From IMG/VR virus record IMGVR_UViG_3300023184_000084: a stretch of 20,000 bases of DNA. One strand, written 5' to 3'. Positions 8,633-16,247 of this stretch are shown one piece after another. Made by a program: the position numbers and the translations under genes. A model generated the notes under the pieces. That model was not told where the DNA came from, searched no databases, and saw only the letters and a list, made by a program, of their open reading frames with translations. Within the stretch, counting starts at the first letter, position 1, and every line of letters starts with the position of its first letter. The stretch comes from an uncultured virus (IMG/VR IMGVR_UViG_3300023184_000084). Lineage: Duplodnaviria; Heunggongvirae; Uroviricota; Caudoviricetes.

Positions 8633-9390
8633 TATTTCCTTTTCTTAGGCGGACGTCCTCCATAGTTTAATTGAGCAGCACGAGTAAACCTGTAGAAAGT
8701 TTTTCTAGCATTTGCAGATAAACTAGAAACATCCGCAGCGCCACGAGGTTTGTAATCTAGAAACGTATAGATGTACTGGCCCTTAGAAACTACAGACTTA
8801 AACTTTTGCCAATCTCCTGCCGAACATTCATAGTAATTGTAGAAGGTTCCATCTCTAAACACAACTGTAATAACCTCACGGGTACTGTCATAGCCTGCGG
8901 CGACGGTACGTGGCCGTGCTGGATCAGAGGTACTAGTTGGAACAACTGTTATGGGAGCAGGGGCATCGGACTCGCCAAATTGAGGTCCCTTTTCACCAGG
9001 AACAATCAACTCACCCGTATCTTCATCAACGTCGTAAGACTGGCGATACGCAGACCTATCAACAAAGTTTCCATCTTTGTCTACATAATAAACATCACTA
9101 TCAAGATTTGGGGCTAATGCTTCTCCCGCTAAGTTTGCAACTTTTTTTGTGCCAGTGTAATAACGCATTGTGTCATTTGCTTTAGTTAAAGATATAAACT
9201 CACTAAATTCACCAACAGAACTTGCTGTTGGTAGACCAGCAAACATACTGGCGCCTGATCCTGTTATCTTAGAAATTCCTGCGGTTTGTTTAGAGCCTAA
9301 ACCGTAAAACGCTCCTAATAATTCTTGAGCAGAAGGAAGAGCAGCCCGTCTATTACGACGAGTTGCTCCTCCACCTGCTACACGAGCCAT
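8632..9390 (-). CDS. KTSC-domain protein with long N-terminal extension
   Basis: C-terminal VAAGYDSTREVITVVFRDGTFYNYYECSAGDWQKFKSVVSKGQYI matches the KTSC pattern GYD...L.V.F.xG..Y.Y..V....y..f..a.SkG.y. Confidence 0.75.
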   Translation of the reverse strand: MARVAGGGATRRNRRAALPSAQELLGAFYGLGSKQTAGISKITGSGASMFAGLPTASSVGEFSEFISLTKANDTMRYYTGTKKVANLAGEALAPNLDSDVYYVDKDGNFVDRSAYRQSYDVDEDTGELIVPGEKGPQFGESDAPAPITVVPTSTSDPARPRTVAAGYDSTREVITVVFRDGTFYNYYECSAGDWQKFKSVVSKGQYIYTFLDYKPRGAADVSSLSANARKTFYRFTRAAQLNYGGRPPKKRK

Positions 9391-9403
9391 ACTAATTACT
9401 TAC

Positions 9404-10087
9404 TTATGCCCAAGGTGTAATAGTTACTGCTGCACCAGGTACTACGTTGTTTTGTCCAGCGGTTAGTGATTGACTCTTAATTGTTGCAGAAACTGCAACG
9501 ACTGAACCACTTGTTGATGGGGCACCATAGGAAGCAGCACTTGCACCAACAACATCAAAAGCGTTTGCTGTTGGAACATTGGTTACTGTCCAAGTTCCAT
9601 TAAATTCTGCATCAAGACCTGAAACAGTTACTTTGTTACCAACTGCATACCCGTGTGAAGTTGCTCCAAAACGGATAGTTGTTGAGTTAGAAGTACGGTA
9701 TACAGAAGATACTGTCTTACTAGAGTTGGTTGCTCCTGCGGCAGTTGTAACTGTCAATGAAGCATCCTTCATTGCATCTTGTGCAAGTGCTGTTGTAAGT
9801 CCAACTACTGAAGGAACAAGAACGTAGTCAGTTGGTCCGACTACATCTTCGCCTGCTGTGTTTGGAGAATACTGTGGGAAACCATTCCAACCCGAAAGAG
9901 CGTTGATGTGGTCATTTAGTGCTGGGTCTAGACGACCCGCTACTCTTGTGGTGACTGTTGTTGAAAGAGTTGCACTTGCTGCATCTGGACGAGCATCGTT
10001 TGGTTGAATAGGGAAGTTTCCATATACGAAGTCAATAGCGACTTCACCTGCGGTATCTAAAAGATTACCGTTGTTATTTACTGCCAT
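9404..10087 (-). CDS. Ser/Thr/Ala-rich protein with an interrupted PASTA-like domain (probable virion surface protein)
   Basis: VPSVVGLTTALAQDAMKDASL is a PASTA N-half and TIKSQSLTAG...GAAVTIT a PASTA C-half. They are separated by a beta-rich insert HGYAVGNKVTVSG...FNGTWTVTNV. Confidence 0.65.
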   Translation of the reverse strand: MAVNNNGNLLDTAGEVAIDFVYGNFPIQPNDARPDAASATLSTTVTTRVAGRLDPALNDHINALSGWNGFPQYSPNTAGEDVVGPTDYVLVPSVVGLTTALAQDAMKDASLTVTTAAGATNSSKTVSSVYRTSNSTTIRFGATSHGYAVGNKVTVSGLDAEFNGTWTVTNVPTANAFDVVGASAASYGAPSTSGSVVAVSATIKSQSLTAGQNNVVPGAAVTITPWA

Positions 10088-10179
10088 TTTTTCTTCTTTC
10101 TCTAGAGAGGTTTATTTTCCCTATGCGCTTAGGGAACCTTAAAAGCAAGTATCCAAGAAGATAGGTAAAATGTCAGGGT

Positions 10180-10419
10180 TTAATCGTCCCACTCATCACA
10201 CTGATGTTCTTCTAACTCTACTTCTTCTAGAATACGTTCACACTCTTTACATTTAAAAAACCTGACATCATCTAATGCCACATGTAAAGAATCAGCATGT
10301 TCAAGGTCCTGCTCCATTTGTGGTCCCGCTAAAACTTCTGGAGGAAATGGACCCCTAGGAGCATGGGAAGACTTTGGAATGGTATGGCCCTGCACTGCAA
10401 ACTTACGAATTAACTTCAT
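10180..10419 (-). CDS. Small protein with C-terminal C2HC zinc-finger-like motif
   Basis: CKEC-x11-HQC; start abuts the upstream stop. Confidence 0.7.
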   Translation of the reverse strand: MKLIRKFAVQGHTIPKSSHAPRGPFPPEVLAGPQMEQDLEHADSLHVALDDVRFFKCKECERILEEVELEEHQCDEWDD

Positions 10420-10671
10420 TTATTTTTCCGACTTTTTAGATGCAGCCTTCTTTTTTGGTGCTTCAACGGATTCAGTAGTTGCAGATTTTAAAGCCGCAAG
10501 TGCTGATGTTTGATCTTCCTTGTACTCTTCGGTAATAGTTAACAACCCTGCTTTTTTACGTTCATTTAAAAAGGAAGGCAAACATTTACCACAATACAAA
10601 ATAGATTCTACTTTTGAAATTTTATACTCAAACATTGCTCGTCTGTCACAATTAACACAATTCATTACCAC
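10420..10671 (-). CDS. Small CxxC...CxxC zinc-binding protein with Lys/Ala-rich tail
   Basis: CVNC...CGKC. The start may be ATG at 10665 (TAATG coupling) rather than GTG at 10671. Confidence 0.7.
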   Translation of the reverse strand: MVMNCVNCDRRAMFEYKISKVESILYCGKCLPSFLNERKKAGLLTITEEYKEDQTSALAALKSATTESVEAPKKKAASKKSEK

Positions 10672-11015
10672 TCCACTCCATGAGAAAACTGTTTACCATA
10701 AACATCTACAGGTGCTCCACCAGTCATTGGTCCTGGACGTGATGGTTCAGAAAATATCCTAGACAGTTGTTCCTTAGATTGTGGGTCAACCTCTGGGTGA
10801 TCTGACAGGTTTTGAGCACGAGTCCAGAACTCAGGTGGGTACATACCAAAATTACGTAGTATCTGACCATGAGTCTTTATTGCTGGATTTCTTGAAATTT
10901 TCATAGCAAAGTTTAAAATCTTTTTATCAATCGCAGATAGCGGCGCTTGTTTTGATTCAGCACCAGAGTTAAAATCATTATAAGACTGATGGCCTTTGTC
11001 TATTGCACCAGCCAT
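10665..11015 (-). CDS. DUF3263-like domain protein
   Basis: LSAIDKKILNF...QILRNFGMYPPEFWTRAQNLSDHPEV resembles, by eye, the actinobacterial DUF3263 pattern LsxrdxaILdFE...aIrexFglsxtrYyqxLnaLiDxPea. TAATG coupling. Confidence 0.55.
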   Translation of the reverse strand: MAGAIDKGHQSYNDFNSGAESKQAPLSAIDKKILNFAMKISRNPAIKTHGQILRNFGMYPPEFWTRAQNLSDHPEVDPQSKEQLSRIFSEPSRPGPMTGGAPVDVYGKQFSHGVEW

Positions 11016-11410
11016 TACGGAACTTTCTTTCCGCCTCTTACTTTCTTAACAGGAACTCTTCCTGGTTTTGAAACAGCAGTAGGAGTTGGCATTTTAGAGG
11101 TATAACTTGCAGACGCATCTCCATACTTTACAGATACTTGTGTTCCTGGTTGTGCAAAGCCATGGACGCTCTCTGCAAAGTGCATTGTTCTTCCGTGCCT
11201 TGCTTTTGCAGATCTTTCAGTAAGACGTGCTTGTTGAGCGGTGCTTCTAGTTGTTGCCTCATGTTGAGCCGCATGCATTGCTAGAGTTGTTTGAGTTAAG
11301 TTCATTTGATCAGAGTCACGTTGAGAACGTGCCCCTTCCTTGTACTTGCTAGCCAAAAACCTACCTGCTATAGCAAATGGGTTTGGATCGTTCGGGGTCT
11401 GCATACTCAT
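11015..11410 (-). CDS. Hypothetical basic protein
   Basis: 131 aa with no SD; a -10-like GATGAT lies 6 nt upstream of the ATG (leaderless candidate). Confidence 0.7.
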   Translation of the reverse strand: MSMQTPNDPNPFAIAGRFLASKYKEGARSQRDSDQMNLTQTTLAMHAAQHEATTRSTAQQARLTERSAKARHGRTMHFAESVHGFAQPGTQVSVKYGDASASYTSKMPTPTAVSKPGRVPVKKVRGGKKVP

Positions 11411-11424
11411 AGGTATATCATCTC

Positions 11425-11796
11425 TTAAACAGGTTCTTTAGACTTGCTAACTGCTAGATGTTCTTCAATGCTAATTAAGCGCTCTCCCATTTCAACGAAG
11501 GCCTCCATTAGGACTCCCTGGTTGTCATACATTTTATTTACTACATCTTTTGTTGAACTTCCTCCATTACTGGAAAGTTCTCCGTCTAGGCGATTTAATC
11601 TCTCCATAACTCCTGGAACACGATCTCGGCCTGGAGACTCCTCTTCTCCAGACCAATCTCGTTTAAAATCTTCAAACCAACTCATAAATAAATCTGCCTT
11701 TTCTTTGTAAGGTTCAACTAATTGACGAAGCCCTAATAGGGCTGCGGTTATTATTCCAACCGTTGCAAAGACAGTGATTATCATATTGTTGGTCAT
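11425..11796 (-). CDS. Membrane protein of actinophage lysis-cassette type (N-terminal TM + NGGSS motif)
   Basis: N-terminal hydrophobic helix IITVFATVGIITAALLGL and GVMERL..LDGELSSNGGSSTKD, a motif typical of holin-adjacent actinophage membrane proteins. GAAAGG RBS. Confidence 0.65.
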   Translation of the reverse strand: MTNNMIITVFATVGIITAALLGLRQLVEPYKEKADLFMSWFEDFKRDWSGEEESPGRDRVPGVMERLNRLDGELSSNGGSSTKDVVNKMYDNQGVLMEAFVEMGERLISIEEHLAVSKSKEPV

Positions 11797-11820
11797 CCGA
11801 CTTATGTACCTTTCTTGAAG

Positions 11821-12015
11821 TTACTTCTTAGCGCCAAATCCGTAGGACGCATCCTTTGGATTTAATGCTTTGGCTAATGGGCCGAGAAGACCTGCAAGAA
11901 AAGCATTTGCTAAAGTCTTTGGGTCTGTAATACCGCTCATATACAAAGCGGCAACTGCTGCTGCTGCTGCACGTAGGTACGTACCTGCTGCGGCTTCTAG
12001 TGCTTTCTTATCCAT
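11821..12015 (-). CDS. Putative holin
   Basis: Real start is probably ATG 12015 (TAAGGAG RBS). 64 aa, MDKKALEAAAGTYLRAAAAAVAALYMSG...AFLAGLLGPLAKALNPKDASYG, with two hydrophobic helices and a basic C-terminus. Confidence 0.65.
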   Translation of the reverse strand: MDKKALEAAAGTYLRAAAAAVAALYMSGITDPKTLANAFLAGLLGPLAKALNPKDASYGFGAKK

Positions 12016-12058
12016 ACATCTCCTTACAAAGTGCCCAACCTCAAGAACAAATAATCCC

Positions 12059-12223
12059 TTAATCTTCTCGATTACGCAGTGGATACGTAACTGCCCATGC
12101 AATTAAAGTTCCAACAATTGCATATCCAACTATGGTTTTTGCACTTCCGTCTAAAACTACCCAGGCAATAAACATGCCGAGTAGTGTCCAGAGTTGGTCA
12201 ACCATATCTTTTAATATTTTCAC
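12059..12223 (-). CDS. Small two-TM membrane protein coupled to the 761-aa protein
   Basis: Not in the ORF track. GTG overlaps the upstream TGA (GTGA) and has an AGGAG RBS. Translation: MKILKDMVDQLWTLLGMFIAWVVLDGSAKTIVGYAIVGTLIAWAVTYPLRNRED (54 aa). Confidence 0.8.
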   Translation of the reverse strand: MKILKDMVDQLWTLLGMFIAWVVLDGSAKTIVGYAIVGTLIAWAVTYPLRNRED

Positions 12224-14505
12224 GGCTTACGTCTCCTAACCGTTCTCTTTGGTTTGTCATTGCCAGCGGCAGGACCGCCAGCACCTCCACCACTTGTTGG
12301 TGTTTTTCCCCCTGTTGCAGTTCCTGCTGCACTAACTGCAGCAGTTGTTGCTGCACCTGTTGCTGCCATTGTTGCTGCATTAATAGCGGCTTGTCCCGCA
12401 ATTACTGCTGCAACAATAATCTTCTCTGACTCTTCTCGCTCTTCAGTAGACATGTCAGCACCGATATTTAGTACGGCTGTTAATGCTTTTCCTGGATCAT
12501 CAAATATTGCACCAATAAATTCAGCAGGACTTTCTAGTACAGTAAGTGCCGCTGCTACTTCTGCAGTAATTATAACTTGATTACCATTTTCATCTTGACG
12601 AACTTCAACAGGTGTTTCTGCTGGTAAATCGCTGTATTCAAGTCCTGCTTCTTTAATACTTTCTGAAGTAATTGCTTCTCCCTCTGCTGCTTCAATAAGC
12701 GCTTCAGCCACTAACTCTTTCTCTTCTTCAGTAAATTCTCCATCTTCAGATAACATTTCAGAAAGGTTATTTACTTCATCAAGGGTTATTTCACCATCAG
12801 CACTTAATGCATCTAATATTTCCTCAGCATCAGAATCCGATAATTCGCCATCATCCATAAGATCATCTACTATAGACTCTTGTTCTTCTAAGGAGGTTTC
12901 AGATGAATCATCAGGAGTTAATTCAGTCTCTGGAGCAGGCTCAAGATCGCCTTCTAGTTCTGGCTCAGGAACAGTCTCAGGTTCTGGGGTTGGTTGTATC
13001 TCTTCTTCAACAGGAACGTCAGGAACGGTTTCAACAGGCGGTTCAACAAACTCTGGTTGAAAATCAGGAACTCCTTCAAAGATTGGCTCTGGTTGAGGCT
13101 GAGGAGAAGGTTGAGGTTCTGGAACCACAACAACCTCGGGAATTAAACTAATTGCAAAGTTTAATTCTGCTTCTTTAGTATCTAATATTGATTGAAGAGA
13201 TGTTTTTGTTGATTCCGCTAAAGTTAAAGTATTAGTAAAAAAGTTTGTGCTACCAATATTGTTTTTGTTGGTTGTATTAGTTGTATTTTGAGCAACAACT
13301 AGACTTAAACTTGAGTTTAACTGAAATATGGTTGCATTTGCAGCGTCAACCGCTGCCTGAACAGAAGCATTATTTGGATCTACTATAGGGGTAAAGTCTG
13401 GTCCTTGACTAATTTTTCCATTAAATCCAACGCCATTATTTGTGTCAACAATATTTGTTATATTGCCATTTGTTGTTTCTCTATAATTAAATCTTGCACC
13501 ATTTGGAATTGGGCCAATAGCAGAAACATCTGCCTTCCATGCACCATTTGTTGGATTTACATCAGCATTAAATCTAACTTGAACCATTTGTGTAGAAGCA
13601 TCTTGTTGTGGAAATGGCCTAAGGTCCCACGCAATATCTAAAGATGAACCTGTTGTTGCATATGTAATTCCAGTTCCTGTACTCCAAGTGGTCCAGTCCC
13701 ATCCTGCTATAGAAATAGATGGAGCATTTGGTGTCGCCCAATAATTAGAACCTTCGTTAACTCCAAATGTAATTGTTGAGTTGGAACCAACAAACACATT
13801 GTTATATAATGTTCCGCCCATTAATAAATTAAATGGAAGATTCATGCGAACACCAGCATCATCTACGCCAGCAAGAACATTTGTACTAGTTCCAATGGTG
13901 GCTTGCAAATTATTGACTGCTGTTTGAGCGTTATCAATTGCAATGTTTGCTTGTGTTAGTTCGGTTTGAGCAGTGGCTGTTGCAGTGTCTGCTTGAGCCT
14001 TAGCAGCAATTAATTCAGTAACTTGTATTTGTGCCGTCGAGGTGTCGATAGCATTAATAGCATTTGTTGCATTTATAACACTTGTTTGTGCATCAACAAT
14101 AACTAGAGAGTCTTGTTTTATTTGAACAGTCGATGTATCAATTGCAGTGACTATATCTATGGCAGATTGAGCAATATCTACTTTGTCTTGTGCTACTGCA
14201 ACTAGAACGGTTACAGAATCTACTGCTGCTTGAACCTGAGTCTTTTCAACAATGGCTGCGGCTATAACTGCTGTGGCAGTATCTGTGGCTGCAATAGCCT
14301 GCTGTACTTCTGTAGTTGCTGTAGCGAGTGCTGAGTTAACGGCTTGTTGAGCAGGACTTACCACAACTTGTTCTTGATTGTCCTCAGCATAAACCTCTTG
14401 AGACATGCCAAATACAAGGAAGAGAGTAACAACTCCTCCACATAAAATAAGTCTTCCAATATTACGTACTACAGATAGTGCTGCGAATGGACGCAGTATT
14501 TTCAA
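12220..14505 (-). CDS. Large secreted/membrane-anchored modular protein
   Basis: TTG start with GAGGGG RBS. Signal-peptide-like N-terminus ending VYA-E; Ala/Thr/Gln coiled coil; globular beta domain (VFVGSNSTITFG...ISIAGWDW, nidogen-like by eye); Pro/Glu linker; acidic repeats; hydrophobic IIVAAVIAGQAAINAA segment; basic tail RTVRRRKP. Confidence 0.8.
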   Translation of the reverse strand: MKILRPFAALSVVRNIGRLILCGGVVTLFLVFGMSQEVYAEDNQEQVVVSPAQQAVNSALATATTEVQQAIAATDTATAVIAAAIVEKTQVQAAVDSVTVLVAVAQDKVDIAQSAIDIVTAIDTSTVQIKQDSLVIVDAQTSVINATNAINAIDTSTAQIQVTELIAAKAQADTATATAQTELTQANIAIDNAQTAVNNLQATIGTSTNVLAGVDDAGVRMNLPFNLLMGGTLYNNVFVGSNSTITFGVNEGSNYWATPNAPSISIAGWDWTTWSTGTGITYATTGSSLDIAWDLRPFPQQDASTQMVQVRFNADVNPTNGAWKADVSAIGPIPNGARFNYRETTNGNITNIVDTNNGVGFNGKISQGPDFTPIVDPNNASVQAAVDAANATIFQLNSSLSLVVAQNTTNTTNKNNIGSTNFFTNTLTLAESTKTSLQSILDTKEAELNFAISLIPEVVVVPEPQPSPQPQPEPIFEGVPDFQPEFVEPPVETVPDVPVEEEIQPTPEPETVPEPELEGDLEPAPETELTPDDSSETSLEEQESIVDDLMDDGELSDSDAEEILDALSADGEITLDEVNNLSEMLSEDGEFTEEEKELVAEALIEAAEGEAITSESIKEAGLEYSDLPAETPVEVRQDENGNQVIITAEVAAALTVLESPAEFIGAIFDDPGKALTAVLNIGADMSTEEREESEKIIVAAVIAGQAAINAATMAATGAATTAAVSAAGTATGGKTPTSGGGAGGPAAGNDKPKRTVRRRKP
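12712..12873 (-). repeat. Three tandem 18-aa acidic repeats (EF-hand-loop-like DGE[LIF][ST]xx[DE])
   Basis: IVDDLMDDGELSDSDAEE / ILDALSADGEITLDEVNN / LSEMLSEDGEFTEEEKEL, within the 761-aa protein. Confidence 0.65.
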
Positions 14506-14538
14506 TTATTCCCCTCGGAATGTTAAAGCCCAACTATA

Positions 14539-14754
14539 TTATAGCGGCTTCCAATTTCTATTTATAATGAACTTGCTTGCAGTGTTCTGTGAGTTAACTG
14601 ACTCACCCTGTACGCCTTTACCAGGTGATGCCCAAGTAACAATACTTGGATTTGCTTTTGATTTATAACCTAAATTAGTATTAAAACTAAACTCTTTTTT
14701 TCTAGTTTTACGATTTGGATTTATAGTTAACGGTTTACGATTTAATTGAGCCAT
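14539..14754 (-). CDS. Small basic hypothetical protein
   Basis: 71 aa; GGAGGA RBS and TAATG coupling. Confidence 0.65.
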   Translation of the reverse strand: MAQLNRKPLTINPNRKTRKKEFSFNTNLGYKSKANPSIVTWASPGKGVQGESVNSQNTASKFIINRNWKPL

Positions 14755-15119
14755 TAATCTAATCCTCCAACAAATCCTGCGGCAGTTCCGCCACTTCCTA
14801 GTCCACTTGTATCAGAAGCAGACTCTCCACTTTCATTTGGGGCTTGATCTCTATTTGGAATATTTCCTTCACGAGGATCTGTACCAGAACTCATTGCACC
14901 AATCATGTACGGATAGTTAGCAAACCAAAATCCTGCGCCTGAATATCCTGACTCACGTTTACGTCCAAATCTACGACGTTGTTTTTCTTCTATGTTTTCT
15001 GCTTTATCAAATTGAGAAGATAGATTACCTGCCATTTGACTCACTCCATATCTTCCATATGTACCACCTGGTCCGCCAAATATTCCTTTGCCAGTACGGT
15101 AGTAATCACTGCCTGCCAT
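14754..15119 (-). CDS. Gly-rich hypothetical protein
   Basis: Start is more likely ATG 15119 (GGAG RBS, MAGSDYYR...) than 15152. 121 aa, Gly/Tyr/Arg-rich and probably disordered. Confidence 0.65.
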   Translation of the reverse strand: MAGSDYYRTGKGIFGGPGGTYGRYGVSQMAGNLSSQFDKAENIEEKQRRRFGRKRESGYSGAGFWFANYPYMIGAMSSGTDPREGNIPNRDQAPNESGESASDTSGLGSGGTAAGFVGGLD

Positions 15120-15312
15120 AGTTAAATACTCCGCTAGGATCAAATACAACAACAGATTGTGAAACTAATTTATTACCAGTCTTTCTAGCATGATGACCAC
15201 AAAAATATAACTCTCCACTTGCCAGAGTTGCTCTTACCATTGCCTGAGCCCCACATTGATCGCAGCGGTCAGTAATTTCTATTGATTTGTGCGTCTCTAA
15301 TATAGTAGGCAT
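15106..15312 (-). CDS. Small actinobacterial-type Zn-binding protein
   Basis: DRCDQCGAQA...GELYFCGHH (CxxC...CxxH), a motif recalled from small conserved actinobacterial proteins. Leaderless candidate. Confidence 0.75.
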   Translation of the reverse strand: MPTILETHKSIEITDRCDQCGAQAMVRATLASGELYFCGHHARKTGNKLVSQSVVVFDPSGVFNYGRQ

Positions 15313-15368
15313 AACCCAATTATGCCCTGTTTACCAGGTAATGTATACTCATACCAGGAGGAGTAAAA

Positions 15369-15509
15369 ATGAAACTACTAGAAGTAATTAAAGCGTTTTG
15401 GTGCAAACATATTGTTACTGAAAAAAGTTCATGCCCATTTACCGCTAAAACCTATGAAACGTGTGTTGACTGTGGTCAGATGGTTTCAGTAATGACTACC
15501 CATTCGTAA
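15369..15509 (+). CDS. Small Cys/His Zn-binding protein
   Basis: Not in the ORF track. Strong RBS AGGAGGAG and a TATACT -10-like site upstream. Translation: MKLLEVIKAFWCKHIVTEKSSCPFTAKTYETCVDCGQMVSVMTTHS (46 aa). Confidence 0.75.
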   Translation: MKLLEVIKAFWCKHIVTEKSSCPFTAKTYETCVDCGQMVSVMTTHS

Positions 15510-15688
15510 TGCCGCTTTATTCATACGCATGTGTTAGTTGTGATATTGATTATGAAAAAGAGCGTGGCATCAATGATCCAGAAAATAAGTACTTCTGTGA
15601 ACAATGTGGTTACGCTCTAATTCGAGTTTACTCTCCTGTTACAGCCGTCTTTAAAGGTGGCGGTTTTTACAAGACAGATAATCGTTAG
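15509..15688 (+). CDS. FmdB-family zinc-ribbon protein (CxxC_CxxC_SSSS type)
   Basis: Not in the ORF track; TAATG coupling. MPLYSYACVSC...FCEQCG..LIRVYSP..AVFKGGGFYKTDNR (59 aa) matches the MPxYxYxCxxC...CxxCG...FKGSGFYxTD signature. Confidence 0.88.
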   Translation: MPLYSYACVSCDIDYEKERGINDPENKYFCEQCGYALIRVYSPVTAVFKGGGFYKTDNR

Positions 15689-16044
15689 TTGTAGTTAGGG
15701 TCGTCTAACTTTGCTGCAGGAACTTCTTCCGCAACTGTTGTAACCTCGGCAACACTAGGGTTACTTTCAGTAACAGTATTGGTTATAGGAGCAGCCACTG
15801 CATTAGAACCACTGCTACCAATAAGAAGACCAGCAAGTGTTCCTGTAATAAAGGTTGCTACGCTACCTAGTACATTAAAGAACATCTTATCATTTTCAGA
15901 TTGTCCAGTAATTGGTTGTGTAACAAATATAAGGGCATACATAATTCCAACAGCGGTTATAAATAGAATAGAACCTAGTGTAATTCCTAATATAAATTTT
16001 AATCTTGCATCTAAATCTTGTGGTGATAATCTTTCTTTAGCCAT
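15685..16044 (-). CDS. Two-TM membrane protein
   Basis: Hydrophobic helices FILGITLGSILFITAVGIMYALIFV and FFNVLGSVATFITGTLAGLLIG; GAAGGA RBS; overlaps the upstream lipoprotein by 8 nt. Confidence 0.8.
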   Translation of the reverse strand: MAKERLSPQDLDARLKFILGITLGSILFITAVGIMYALIFVTQPITGQSENDKMFFNVLGSVATFITGTLAGLLIGSSGSNAVAAPITNTVTESNPSVAEVTTVAEEVPAAKLDDPNYN

Positions 16045-16237
16045 TTTGTGTTCCTTCTGTTTTTTCTCGACTAACTAAATCGTCTGGACATGCCCCGTTG
16101 GCTGTACAGATTGGTGGTTTGCACTCTGCATTTTCCCAATTTGCAGGATCTTGACATGGATATCTGAAATGCCCATCATAGCCACAACTAGAGAGTAGGG
16201 CTGCCAAAATCACTGTAAAGAATACTTTTTTTAACAT
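16037..16237 (-). CDS. Small Cys-rich lipoprotein
   Basis: MLKK + hydrophobic core + lipobox LSS-C; the mature part has four further Cys (YPCQDPANW...ECKPPICTANGACP). Confidence 0.8.
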   Translation of the reverse strand: MLKKVFFTVILAALLSSCGYDGHFRYPCQDPANWENAECKPPICTANGACPDDLVSREKTEGTQNG

Positions 16238-16247
16238 AGACCAATTA

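Noticed and set aside
10117..10136. Hairpin TTCCCTA-N6-TAGGGAA upstream of the PASTA-like gene
   Set aside because: Real 7-bp inverted repeat, but it has no U-tract on the coding strand and no anti-SD in the loop, so it was not added to the anti-SD pattern.
12016..12102. N-terminal extension of the holin-like ORF in the track
   Set aside because: It overlaps the 54-aa membrane gene, and the strong TAAGGAG RBS points to ATG 12015.
12198..12401. Gln-rich 67-aa ORF
   Set aside because: Alternative-frame reading of the GCA-rich (poly-Ala) tail of the 761-aa gene; the real downstream gene is 12059-12223.
12220..14505. 761-aa protein as tape measure or tail fibre
   Set aside because: It has a signal-peptide-like N-terminus, a Pro/Glu linker and a C-terminal hydrophobic + basic tail, and it is not in a tail gene context.
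2194..14668. Plus-strand ORFs 2194-2451, 3689-3883, 5659-5949, 6021-6413, 7317-7520, 8806-9117, 8937-9185, 9579-9827, 10520-10762, 11444-11710, 11870-12106, 12184-12429, 12254-12580, 12903-13151, 13405-13641, 14405-14668
   Set aside because: Antisense shadows of well-supported minus-strand genes; their compositions mirror the real codons (e.g. Phe/Cys runs opposite Lys/Ala runs).
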